Shown here in pieces: positions 47,550-56,415 of a stretch of DNA of 57,620 nt. Made by a program: the position numbers and the translations under genes. Numbering within the stretch: the first letter of the stretch is position 1; each line of letters starts with the position of its first letter. This stretch comes from Candidatus Caldarchaeales archaeon. Lineage in GTDB: Archaea > Thermoproteota > Nitrososphaeria_A > Caldarchaeales > Calditenuaceae. Location: the NCBI GenBank assembly GCA_039630085.1, contig JBCNVM010000009.1, positions 1 to 57,620 of the forward strand. Direction: 5' to 3'. The notes under the pieces were generated by a model. That model worked only from the letters and a program-made list of their open reading frames with translations. It searched no databases and was not told the origin of the DNA.

Positions 47550-48164
47550 TCACCTCCTCTGCATCAGGAGCTCAGCCCTCCTGAGGTCCTCGGGGCTGTT
47601 GACCCTCAGGAGGAACGCGAGCCTCGGGTCCAGCGTCCTGAGCGCCCTGTAGTTGATGTAGATCACGTTCCTCATCGAGCCCACGACCTCGTTCATCGAT
47701 GTCCTGTCCCTAGCGGCCCCGTAGGCCCTCACGAACTCCTCGACCCTGTAGGCCGAGAAGAGGAAGTTCCTGTCGCCCTCGGAGGACGTCGGCACGGCAG
47801 CGTTGAACCTCTTCGTGAGGTCCAGCAGCATCGAGGTGAACTCAACGGTGAGGAGCGGTGCGTCGCAGGGGAGGACGAGCAGCCTGTCGGTCTCTCCCTC
47901 CGAGAGGACATCGTGGAGGACCTGGGGCAGAGGGTCGTTCGATGAGATCACGAACCGACCCATGTACTGCTCCACGAGCTCCCTGTAGTCCTCGGCCTCC
48001 GACTCGCTCGCGACCGAGACCACTAGCTCCTCGACCTCGTCCGGGACCGACTCGATGACGTACTGGATGAGCGGCTTGTCCTGGAGCCTAACGAGGCCCC
48101 TCCTCGAGCCCCCGATCTGCCTGAACTCGGTCAGTATCAGCGCCGAGGGGTGCAATCCGGCCAT
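47550..48164 (-). CDS. MobA-like NTP transferase, degenerate N-terminal motif
   Basis: KPLIQYV, LVLPCDAPLL, RVNSPEDL; canonical LAGGxxxR(M)GxxK replaced by LTEFRQIGGSRRG. Confidence 0.75.
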   Translation of the reverse strand: MAGLHPSALILTEFRQIGGSRRGLVRLQDKPLIQYVIESVPDEVEELVVSVASESEAEDYRELVEQYMGRFVISSNDPLPQVLHDVLSEGETDRLLVLPCDAPLLTVEFTSMLLDLTKRFNAAVPTSSEGDRNFLFSAYRVEEFVRAYGAARDRTSMNEVVGSMRNVIYINYRALRTLDPRLAFLLRVNSPEDLRRAELLMQRR

Positions 48165-48218
48165 CAGTCAGAGCCTTAGTCATTAAGGCATTTCGATGAG
48201 GATTTCGTCGACGCGAGG

Positions 48219-48291
48219 TGGGGCCGGCAGGACTCGAACCTGCGACCTCCGCCTCGTAAGGGCGGCGTCATGGCCGCTAGACCACGGCCCC
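48219..48291 (-). tRNA. tRNA-Val(TAC), intron-less
   Basis: GGGGCCGTGGTCTAGCGGCCATGACGCCGCCCTTACGAGGCGGAGGTCGCAGGTTCGAGTCCTGCCGGCCCCA folds as cloverleaf; anticodon arm CCGCC-CT TAC GA-GGCGG; T-loop TTCGAGT; followed by CCT rather than CCA. Confidence 0.96.
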
Positions 48292-48369
48292 GCCTCTCGG
48301 CGTTCCGGGGCGTATTTATCCTGAGCCCGGAGGCTCCGATTAATAGCGCGGGCCCGAAGGACCGGTGGG

Positions 48370-49917
48370 GTGTCGGCGGTCAGGGAGAAGGTCCTGGTCG
48401 TGGACTTCGGAGGTCAGTACACGCACCTGATCGCGAGGAGGTGCAGGGAGCTCGGAGTCTACTCGGAGATCGTGGACCACTCGAGGCTAAGCGAGGTCCC
48501 GCTGGCGGAGTACTCGGCCCTCATCCTCTCTGGGGGACCGAGGTCGGTCTACGAGCCCGGCGCGCCGCAGCTCGACCCCTCCGTGATCGGAGCGGGCGTC
48601 CCTGTCCTTGGGATCTGCTACGGCCACCAGCTGGTTGCGAAGGCGCTCGGGGGAGAGGTTGTCAGGTCCGAGAGGAGGGAGTACGGGAGGACGAGGGTCT
48701 TCGTCCGGGAAGAGGAGAGCGTCCTCTTCGCGGGCCTCCCGAGGGAGCAGGTCGTCTGGATGAGCCACGGCGACGTCGTCCTGAGGCCGCCGGAGGGCTT
48801 CAGAGTCGTGGCGAGGTCCGAGTACGGCCTGATCGCGGCGATGGAGTCGAGGGAGCTGCCGGTCTTCACGGTCCAGTTCCACCCCGAGGTGAGACACACC
48901 GAGCACGGGATGAGGGTCCTCGAGAACTTCCTCAGGAGGGGCGCGGGTCTGAGGGAGAGGTGGAACCCGGTCGACAGGGTCGCGGAGATCATCGAGGAGG
49001 TGAGGAGGTCCGTCCCCGAGGGCGAGGGCGTCCTGCTCGGCGTCAGCGGCGGCGTCGACTCCATCACGACCGCTGCGGTCCTCCACAGGGCGGTCGGCGA
49101 CAGGCTCCACGTCGTCTTCGTCGACCACGGGCTGATGCGGGAGGGCGAGGTCGAGGAGGTCCTCGAGGTCCTCAGGTCGATGGGCCTGAAGAACGTCCAC
49201 TTCGTCGACGCCAGGTCGAGGTTCCTGAACGCGCTGAAGGGGTTGAGGGACCCTGAGGAGAAGAGGAAGGCGATAGGCGCGCTCTTCGTCGAGGTCTTCA
49301 AGGAGGTCGCGTCGAGGATAGGGGGGATCAGATACCTGGCTCAGGGCACGATCTACCCTGATAGGGTCGAGAGCGGCGCGACCGGGACCGCGACGAGCGT
49401 GATCAAGTCCCACCACAACGTCGGAGGCCTCCCGAGGGAGCTAGGGCTCGGCCTGATCGAGCCTCTGAGGGACCTCTACAAGGACGAAGTCAGGCAGGTC
49501 GCGAGGGCCCTCGGGATCCCCGAGTCGGTCGTGAGGCGGCACCCGTTCCCCGGTCCGGGGCTGGCGGTGAGGGTGATAGGCGAGGCGACGGACGAGAAGC
49601 TCGAGGTCTGCAGGAGGGCCTCCGCGATCCTCGAGGAGGAGCTGATGAGGGCCGGGCTCTACGACCAAGTCTGGCAGGCCTTCGCGGTCGTCGGCGATGA
49701 CAGGTGGGTGGGGGTGAAGGGCGACGAGCGCGAGGAGGGAAGGGTCGTGATCTTGAGGGTCGTCACCAGCGAGGACGGGATGACCGCCGACTGGGTGAGG
49801 CTCGACCACGACCTGCTCGACCGGATCTCGAGGAGGATCTCGAACGAGGTCCCAGGCGTCACGATGGTCTGCTACGCGGTCAGCAGCAAGCCGCCCAGTA
49901 CGATCGAGCCCTGTTGA
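48370..49917 (+). CDS. guaA: GMP synthase (glutamine-hydrolysing), fused GATase and ATP-PPase domains
   Basis: DFGGQY, SGGP.SV, GICYG, QFHPEV, SGGVDS, QGTIYPD, IKSHHNVGGLP, PFPGPGL, KPPSTIE. Confidence 0.97.
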   Translation: MSAVREKVLVVDFGGQYTHLIARRCRELGVYSEIVDHSRLSEVPLAEYSALILSGGPRSVYEPGAPQLDPSVIGAGVPVLGICYGHQLVAKALGGEVVRSERREYGRTRVFVREEESVLFAGLPREQVVWMSHGDVVLRPPEGFRVVARSEYGLIAAMESRELPVFTVQFHPEVRHTEHGMRVLENFLRRGAGLRERWNPVDRVAEIIEEVRRSVPEGEGVLLGVSGGVDSITTAAVLHRAVGDRLHVVFVDHGLMREGEVEEVLEVLRSMGLKNVHFVDARSRFLNALKGLRDPEEKRKAIGALFVEVFKEVASRIGGIRYLAQGTIYPDRVESGATGTATSVIKSHHNVGGLPRELGLGLIEPLRDLYKDEVRQVARALGIPESVVRRHPFPGPGLAVRVIGEATDEKLEVCRRASAILEEELMRAGLYDQVWQAFAVVGDDRWVGVKGDEREEGRVVILRVVTSEDGMTADWVRLDHDLLDRISRRISNEVPGVTMVCYAVSSKPPSTIEPC

Positions 49918-49951
49918 GAGAGATATATCTCGCTCGTCGACTCTAATCGCC

Positions 49952-52423
49952 GTGCGAGTCGAGGTTCTCTGCCGCGACGAATACCCGGAGGTCCTCGGCG
50001 ACAAGACCGTCAACGGAAGGACGCTCAACGTGGAGCGCACGATCGGCGAGCTGACCGTCGCCCTCAGGCCGGAGCTCGACGCCGCAGTCACCGCGAGGAG
50101 GAGGTGGCTCGACGACAGGTCGCCCCTCAGGTCGAAGGGAAGATTTCCGTCGTGGGAGGAGCGTTTCGTGGACGCCGACGGGAACGTCAGGACCTTCAGG
50201 GAGATCGTCCAGGGGTTGATCGACAACTTCCGAGGCCGGAGGACCGAGCTCGCCTGGAGGCTGAACGACCGAGTGCCGGTCCCGGTCGAGATCGACCCGG
50301 TCAGGAGGGCGGGCCTCGAGCTCACGGGACCGTGGTACCCGCTCAGCAGGGCGATCCACCAGATCAACGCCGACGTCGTGACCGCGTTCGAGGACGAAGA
50401 GGACGCTTCGCCTGCCTGGTTCGTGCCCCGCGGGTCCGGAAGGAGGTGCCCGGCGGTCTGGGAGGGCAGGAGGAACGTGAGGGCTGTCCTCTCGGAGTCG
50501 GTCCCGAGGCCCTACTTCGAGGGAGGGAAGTCCTACGAGATCAGGAAGCCCAGGTCCGAGTGGCCCGCGGTCTTTCACAGGCTCCCGGGTATCCACCTCC
50601 TCGACCACTACGTCCTCGTCGATGGTAGGCCGGCCCCGGCGATCGTCGTCTCGGCCGTGATCTACCTCCTGAACAACTACGAAGCGCTGAAGAGGGCGGG
50701 CTCGGGGGTGTACTTCTACGTCCCGAAGGTGATGACGCCTCAGGAGGCGCTGGTCGTCGAGAGGATGCTCAGGTCTCTTGAGCGGGCCGCGGGGCTCAGG
50801 ACCGGAGAGATCAAGGTCGCGATGCTCTACGAGGAGGGGATGGCGGGACTCTACCTCCCCGTGATCCTCTGGATATGGAGGGAGAGGCTGATCAAGTCCA
50901 GCAACGGCCGCTGGGACTACCTCGGTTCGCTGATCGAGATGTGGAAGGACGAGGCGGTCTTCCCGGACCCGCAGAACATCACGATGACCTCGCCGAACAT
51001 GATGGTCTACCAGAGGTACAACGCGCTCCTCATGCTGATGGCAGGTCTGAGGGAAGGAGAGGCCTGCGCCGCACCGGTGGGTGGAATGGCGGCCGTGATG
51101 CTGTACCCGCAGACCGACTACTACGGACGCCAGAGGTACAACGCGAGGGCGATCAGGGGGATCTGGATCGACAAGCTGAGGGAGAGGCTCACGGGGCTGA
51201 TCTTCGTCGCCAAGGACCTCCCGGAGGACGCCGTCGTGACCCTCGATGACGTCCTGAAGGGGAGGTACAGGGGGAGGCTCTACGACCTCTTCAGGCAGAG
51301 CTGGGTCGCGACAAAGGAGGAGCAGTACGTCGCGGCAGGGAACGTCCCCCTAAGGGCCGGGCTCGAGGAGCTGCAGGGCCTGATCGACGCACCTGTCGAG
51401 TACGTCGAGGTGAACGGGCAGAGGTTGCCCGCTCCGGGGAGCGGCCTGACCCCGGAGGAGAGGAGGAGGTTCGCGGAGCTGGGGCTGCTGACTCAGGACG
51501 GGAAGATCAGGCCCTGGACGATCAGGGCCTCTAATGTCTCGAAGCCCGAGGACCTCTTCTCGGAGAGGCTCTGGGGAGGGAAGGGCCTCTGGGATGCCCT
51601 CTACTCGGTCCCCGAGGGGGAGATCACGGTCGAGCACGTGCAGCACGCCTTCTACATGGCCGCGAACTACGCCTTCCAGATCCTCAACGGGAACCTCGCC
51701 GCTGCGATCGACGATTACGAGCTGAACCAGCGGTTCATGAACGACCTCGCGACCTACAGGATCTTCACGGCCTGGCTCTGGTCGCTCTACAGGAACGGCG
51801 CCCGGATCACTAGGGACGGGTATCTTCTAGGGCCGGAGAGGACGAAGGACGGTGTCGTGCTCGCGAGAAGGGTCGAGCACGTCCCGAGGGGCACGAGGTT
51901 CGACGAGGTGCTCCTCAGGAAGGTATGGGAGCTCCACTACGAGTGGACCCGGGCCTTCTACGACGACCTCGACTCGATCGCCGCCGAGAGGGTCGTCAGG
52001 TCCCTGAAGGACTCAGCTGAGCCGGAGCTGGTCTCGAGGGTCAAGGAGGTCCTGAGAAGGGCGTACGCTTCAGGTCCGTTCGCGGAGGTGAGCGCCGACG
52101 AGGCTGCGAGGCAGGTCTCCGAGATTCTCGGCGTGGGGCCTGAGGAGGCCAAGAGGGAGGTGATCACGAACGCGCCTAGGTTCGACAGGTCGAGGGCGCC
52201 CCTCGTGATGGAGTTCATGAGGGCCCTGATCGCGTCGCCGAGGTACGTCCAGCACAACGCGAGGCTCCTCTTCGCGGCCGCCGAGATGGACAACGAGACC
52301 GCGCTTACGACGATCAACTTGGTCCTCGGGAGCACCTTGGAGGAGCTCGAGGCGATGGTGAGGGAGGGCAGGGCGGACCCTCTGGTCTTAGTACTCTATA
52401 GGTACGTGCACGACATCAGGTGA
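49952..52423 (+). CDS. malate synthase, long archaeal type
   Basis: LELTGP, EDEEDAS, HRLPGIHL, YFYVPK, NGRWDYLGS, GGMAA, MNDLAT (catalytic Asp) motifs of the malate synthase fold. Confidence 0.85.
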   Translation: MRVEVLCRDEYPEVLGDKTVNGRTLNVERTIGELTVALRPELDAAVTARRRWLDDRSPLRSKGRFPSWEERFVDADGNVRTFREIVQGLIDNFRGRRTELAWRLNDRVPVPVEIDPVRRAGLELTGPWYPLSRAIHQINADVVTAFEDEEDASPAWFVPRGSGRRCPAVWEGRRNVRAVLSESVPRPYFEGGKSYEIRKPRSEWPAVFHRLPGIHLLDHYVLVDGRPAPAIVVSAVIYLLNNYEALKRAGSGVYFYVPKVMTPQEALVVERMLRSLERAAGLRTGEIKVAMLYEEGMAGLYLPVILWIWRERLIKSSNGRWDYLGSLIEMWKDEAVFPDPQNITMTSPNMMVYQRYNALLMLMAGLREGEACAAPVGGMAAVMLYPQTDYYGRQRYNARAIRGIWIDKLRERLTGLIFVAKDLPEDAVVTLDDVLKGRYRGRLYDLFRQSWVATKEEQYVAAGNVPLRAGLEELQGLIDAPVEYVEVNGQRLPAPGSGLTPEERRRFAELGLLTQDGKIRPWTIRASNVSKPEDLFSERLWGGKGLWDALYSVPEGEITVEHVQHAFYMAANYAFQILNGNLAAAIDDYELNQRFMNDLATYRIFTAWLWSLYRNGARITRDGYLLGPERTKDGVVLARRVEHVPRGTRFDEVLLRKVWELHYEWTRAFYDDLDSIAAERVVRSLKDSAEPELVSRVKEVLRRAYASGPFAEVSADEAARQVSEILGVGPEEAKREVITNAPRFDRSRAPLVMEFMRALIASPRYVQHNARLLFAAAEMDNETALTTINLVLGSTLEELEAMVREGRADPLVLVLYRYVHDIR

Positions 52424-53531
52424 CGCCGTCGGCTGCGTCACCCGCCGCCTTTCTGGCTCCCCGAACGAGCCTCGCGTACTGCCTCGGGTTCTTGATGTTC
52501 GGAGGGCAGAGCCTGCCGTTCTCGACGCAGAGCCCGTGAGCCCTCATCGTCTGACACGAAGGCACGGAGTACCTCGTCCTCGAGCCCCTGAGCCCCGCTA
52601 TGTGCTCGATCTGGTACCTCGCGATCCTCTCATTGAAGTCAGCCCTCTGGGCGTAGAAGCTCATCACGTCGTCGACTGAATAACCGATGGACAGCAGGAA
52701 CGTCGCCAGCGCGAAGTTCCCGAAGTGCCCCACCTTCCCTCCCGAGACGAGTGAGTTCTTCAGGGCCCTCATGCATGGGGGCCAGGTCTCCTCCCCCCTG
52801 AACTCCCCCCTCGCCTCGAGCCTCGCGGCCCTCGAGAGGACGACCTCCCTCACCGGGCTCAGCCTTTGCGAGAGCTCCTCCGGGATCTTGGGCTGTCCGA
52901 CCTCAGAGACCCTCTTCAGGACCCTCGACTCGACCTCCTCCGCCGCGAGCCGAACGAGCTCCCGCCTCGAGACGTAAACCCACCCCGCGTGGACGGTCCT
53001 GTTCACGAGTCTCCACTCGACCCCATCGAGCCCCCTCACAAGCCCCAGGTAGTCCGGTAGGAGGACCTTGTACGCGGCCCCTCCCTTCCTCTGCTCCTCA
53101 GAGGTCAAGACCGGCTCGCACCTGATCCCGAGCTCCTTCCTCAACACGTGCAGCACAGTCGCGTCGTCCTCCTCCGAGAGGAGCCTCTCGACCCGCCTCG
53201 ACTCGTAGAGGGCCCACCTCCTCGCCAGCCACCGGTCCCCGAACGAAGCGACCGCCATCAGTGCTATCGGGAAGCTGAGGATCTCCGCGTCGAGGTCCTC
53301 CCCGATCCCGACCTCGCCCACCTCTTCGCCCCTGTTGACCGCCTCGAGGACCCTCCTGACGGCCGTATCGACCGCCCCGGCGTGCCAAGACCTCGAGAGC
53401 TCCTCGACCGTCGAGCCCCAGTAACTCGCGACGTACTCCCTCGCGCCGACCGAGAACGGATATTTCGCCATGAAGAGCTTCGACCGGAGATAGAAATCGT
53501 CAGGACCGGTTGGTTCCACGGACCAGCCCAC
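52416..53531 (-). CDS. priL: DNA primase large subunit
   Basis: AKYPF, WRLVNR.V..GWV, WPPCM, H..NFALATFL, YQIEHIAG..G..Y.VPSC..M..GLC...C Fe-S domain. Confidence 0.93.
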   Translation of the reverse strand: MGWSVEPTGPDDFYLRSKLFMAKYPFSVGAREYVASYWGSTVEELSRSWHAGAVDTAVRRVLEAVNRGEEVGEVGIGEDLDAEILSFPIALMAVASFGDRWLARRWALYESRRVERLLSEEDDATVLHVLRKELGIRCEPVLTSEEQRKGGAAYKVLLPDYLGLVRGLDGVEWRLVNRTVHAGWVYVSRRELVRLAAEEVESRVLKRVSEVGQPKIPEELSQRLSPVREVVLSRAARLEARGEFRGEETWPPCMRALKNSLVSGGKVGHFGNFALATFLLSIGYSVDDVMSFYAQRADFNERIARYQIEHIAGLRGSRTRYSVPSCQTMRAHGLCVENGRLCPPNIKNPRQYARLVRGARKAAGDAADGVT

Positions 53532-54054
53532 CTATCAGCTCTGAGACCTCCCCGTCGCACACTGACCTCGCGGCCGAGTCAAGGAACTCCATCACGCCCT
53601 CCGGGCCGAGCTGGTCGCGGTACTCGTGGGCTGTCAAGGCCATCTCGAGCTTGTCCAGGTCCCTCACGAGCATCGCCTCCGGAGAGCTCCCGGACCTGTA
53701 TTCCCTCACGGCCTCCTTGACCAGCTCCCTCACCGCCGGGGGCGCGCCCTCCAGCATCTTTTCGAGCGCACCGTCCTCGATCTCCGAGAGTTTCTCGTCG
53801 CCCATGAGGTCCTTCTCCTCCGGCGTCAGGTCTCCCGTGTAGGCCTCAGCGATGTCGTGGAGGACCGCTATGACCGCGGCCTTCCCCGGGTCGAGGCCGC
53901 GCGCGGCGGCGACCGCGAGGCTCAGGACTGCCAGTGCCAGAGAGTGGTCGGCCACGCTCTCCGGGTCCTTGACCCCCCTCAGCCTCCAGCCCCTCCTTTC
54001 GGTAGACTTGAGGCCGTTCGCGGCGGCGTGGAGCCTGAATATCCAGGAGCTCAC
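53500..54054 (-). CDS. HD domain hydrolase (HDDC2/YfbR-like 5'-deoxynucleotidase)
   Basis: LK..RRGW..GV..PESVADHS, LHDIAEAYTGD, DLDKLEM; start moved to GTG 54054 overlapping nop10 stop. Confidence 0.9.
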   Translation of the reverse strand: MSSWIFRLHAAANGLKSTERRGWRLRGVKDPESVADHSLALAVLSLAVAAARGLDPGKAAVIAVLHDIAEAYTGDLTPEEKDLMGDEKLSEIEDGALEKMLEGAPPAVRELVKEAVREYRSGSSPEAMLVRDLDKLEMALTAHEYRDQLGPEGVMEFLDSAARSVCDGEVSELIGGLVRGTNRS

Positions 54055-54245
54055 CCTTCGCCGCCCCCCTCCGACCTCGCGCCCTCGGCCCTCCACCTCT
54101 CAACGACCGCCCTCGCCATCTCATCGAGCATCGGGCTCCCCTCCTTGAAGTGCGGCGGGTGCGGAGAGGAGGTGGGGCGTCTGCAGACCGGGCACTCCGG
54201 CTTCAGCGTGTACCTCCCGCAGTTCGTGCACTTCCTGATCCTCAC
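54051..54245 (-). CDS. nop10: H/ACA RNP protein Nop10
   Basis: IRKCTNCGRYTLK..CPVC..PT..PHPP; GTG 54245 overlaps aIF2-alpha stop. Confidence 0.88.
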   Translation of the reverse strand: MRIRKCTNCGRYTLKPECPVCRRPTSSPHPPHFKEGSPMLDEMARAVVERWRAEGARSEGGGEG

Positions 54246-55042
54246 TTCTTCTCCTTCGCCTCCGCAGCGGGGAGCACCTCGACGACATCGCCCTCGTTCG
54301 AGAGCACTGCCCTCATCCTCTCGACGCACGCCCTGAGCTTCGACTCGGCCTCCTCGGGGTCCCTGCCCTCCACCCTGACGAGAGACCGCGGGGAGCCGAT
54401 GACCGTGATCCTCGCCGACCTGGGATCCACGGAGACAGCCTCCTCCGCCGCCCTCCTGATCGCCTCGACGCCTCCTTTCCTCGAGGAGAGCTTGACGACG
54501 GCCTTCGCGACGTGCACGGGCCGCTTCAGGTCCCTGGCGCACTTCTCGACGAGCTTCGTAGCGAACGCCTCCGGCAACTTGATCCAACTCGGAAGAGATT
54601 CCCCCATCGCGAGCTCCTCGAGGAACGAGTAGACGTTCATCCCCCTCTCCCTCAGCGGTTGCACCAGCCCCTGCTCGACCAAGTGCATCGGTGTGTTGGT
54701 CTCCTTCGCGACCGCCTCCACCAGCCTCGCTGCCTTGACCTTCCTGCTCCACTCTATCATCTTCTCCTCTTTCTCCTTGTTCGAGACCCTCCTCAGGCTT
54801 ACGTCGACCTGAAGGGTCTCGGGGTTGCTCCTGATCACCTTCAGGACCGCCCTCTGCCCCACCCTGAGGTAATCCGTGATGTTCCTCACCCACTTCAGCG
54901 AGATCTCAGAGACGTGGACGAAGGCCTCGAGGCCGTCGTACTCCTCGAGGGCGACGATCGCGCCGTGCCTCTCGACCCTCTTCACGGTGGCCACCACCAG
55001 CTCGCCCTCCCTGGGGAAGCCCTCCTTCCTCAGAACCGACAT
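54242..55042 (-). CDS. eif2a: translation initiation factor 2 subunit alpha (aIF2-alpha)
   Basis: P.EGELVVATV S1 domain, HVSEIS..WVRNI, VDVSLRRV, GGVEAI, GSP; start moved to ATG 55042. Confidence 0.94.
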   Translation of the reverse strand: MSVLRKEGFPREGELVVATVKRVERHGAIVALEEYDGLEAFVHVSEISLKWVRNITDYLRVGQRAVLKVIRSNPETLQVDVSLRRVSNKEKEEKMIEWSRKVKAARLVEAVAKETNTPMHLVEQGLVQPLRERGMNVYSFLEELAMGESLPSWIKLPEAFATKLVEKCARDLKRPVHVAKAVVKLSSRKGGVEAIRRAAEEAVSVDPRSARITVIGSPRSLVRVEGRDPEEAESKLRACVERMRAVLSNEGDVVEVLPAAEAKEKK

Positions 55043-55100
55043 TCCCCGCTCAGGGCCTCCCCGCCTCATAAAAGGTTACCACAGACGGTCCCGGGGAGCC

Positions 55101-56312
55101 TCAGCCGTGTGCGGTCGCCGAGACGATCTTGATCACGTCCCGGTCCTTCAGCTTGTGGTCCGCGGGCACCCTGAGGCCTGTGCGGGCGTCGATCGCGTAG
55201 AGCAACCCCTTCGCAAGCTCCTTGTGGACCCTGTCGGCTAGGTCTCTAACGGTGGCGTTCGCCGGGACTAGGAACGCGTCGGGGAGGACGTTCCCTGACC
55301 TGTCGGTGAGCGTCTTGACGTCGTAGACGGGGTAGACCGTGTTCATCCCTAGAAGCTTGAAGACCGCAACGTTGATCGCGAACTGGACCCCCGTCCTCAT
55401 GTACTTCCCGAAGACCCTCTCGTTGATCACGTCCAGCGCCCATCTCTGCCGCTCCGTGAGCGAGCTGCCCCCCGTTATGACGAACTTCTCCTCGCCGGGC
55501 TTGTACTTGATCAGCCCCTTCTGCTCGGCCCTCCTCAGGATGAGCTCGGCCTCAGCGCTGCAGGGGACCACTATCTTGTCCGGGAACTTCTCGACCAGCT
55601 CCTGATAGAACCTGTCTGCCGTCTCGATGTCGATCTTGTTCGCGACGATGATCGTCGGCTTCGAGACCTCCCTCAGGGCCTTAGCGAACTTCATGTCGTC
55701 GTTGAGGCTCCAGTTCTCGAAGTCCTTGCCTCCCAGGCCCGTGAGCTTCAGCGCCTGCTCCACGTGCTCCGCGTAGATCCTTATGCCGTTGAGGGGCTCG
55801 GCGATCGCCTCCGCGATGGGCTTCCCGCCCTTGATCGACTTCGAGATCCTGTCGTCGTTCCTCTCGATCACCTTCATCAGCCATATCACGAGCTCCTCGT
55901 CGATGTCGAAGACGTCCGCGACCGGGTTGCCCGTCCCCGGCTCGGTCAGCCTCCCCTCCTCGTCGACGCTCCCCGATGCGTCCACGACGTGCAGCAGAGC
56001 GTCGGACTGGGACGCGACCGCGAGGAACTGGTTCCCGAGTCCCTTGCCGGCCCAAGCGCCCTTTATCAGCCCGGGCAGGTCGATCATCTCGAGGGGCAGG
56101 TAGCGCCAGTCGTCGATGCACGGCGCTGACCTGGGGTTGCACTTGACCCCGAACTCCTTGTCAACGCAGGGTGTCACCGCGTGGGCGACCCCGTAGTTGG
56201 GCTGCTTGGTGGTGAAGGGATACGTCGAGACCTCGGCCGACTGGAGCGTCGCCGCGTTGAAGAACGTCGTCTTGCCGGTGTTGGTCTTGCCGATCAGGCC
56301 GAGCCTAACCAA
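55101..56312 (-). CDS. YchF/Obg-family GTPase with TGS domain (archaeal type)
   Basis: GKTNTGKTT, YPFTT, DLPGL, GKGLGNQFL, NKID, C-terminal TGS. Confidence 0.93.
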   Translation of the reverse strand: MVRLGLIGKTNTGKTTFFNAATLQSAEVSTYPFTTKQPNYGVAHAVTPCVDKEFGVKCNPRSAPCIDDWRYLPLEMIDLPGLIKGAWAGKGLGNQFLAVASQSDALLHVVDASGSVDEEGRLTEPGTGNPVADVFDIDEELVIWLMKVIERNDDRISKSIKGGKPIAEAIAEPLNGIRIYAEHVEQALKLTGLGGKDFENWSLNDDMKFAKALREVSKPTIIVANKIDIETADRFYQELVEKFPDKIVVPCSAEAELILRRAEQKGLIKYKPGEEKFVITGGSSLTERQRWALDVINERVFGKYMRTGVQFAINVAVFKLLGMNTVYPVYDVKTLTDRSGNVLPDAFLVPANATVRDLADRVHKELAKGLLYAIDARTGLRVPADHKLKDRDVIKIVSATAHG

Positions 56313-56415
56313 CTTCGTCGTTCACTCCCCTCTCACAAATTAAGGTCTTTCCGGGAAGGCCCGCGGTCGGAGGGCGAAAAGGGGAAAAACGAGGGGGAGA
56401 TGGTCGCTGAGGAGC

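Noticed and set aside
48165-48291. tRNA-Val as integration site of a mobile element
   Set aside because: No integrase in the window and no duplicated tRNA 3' end was noticed; flanking genes look chromosomal.
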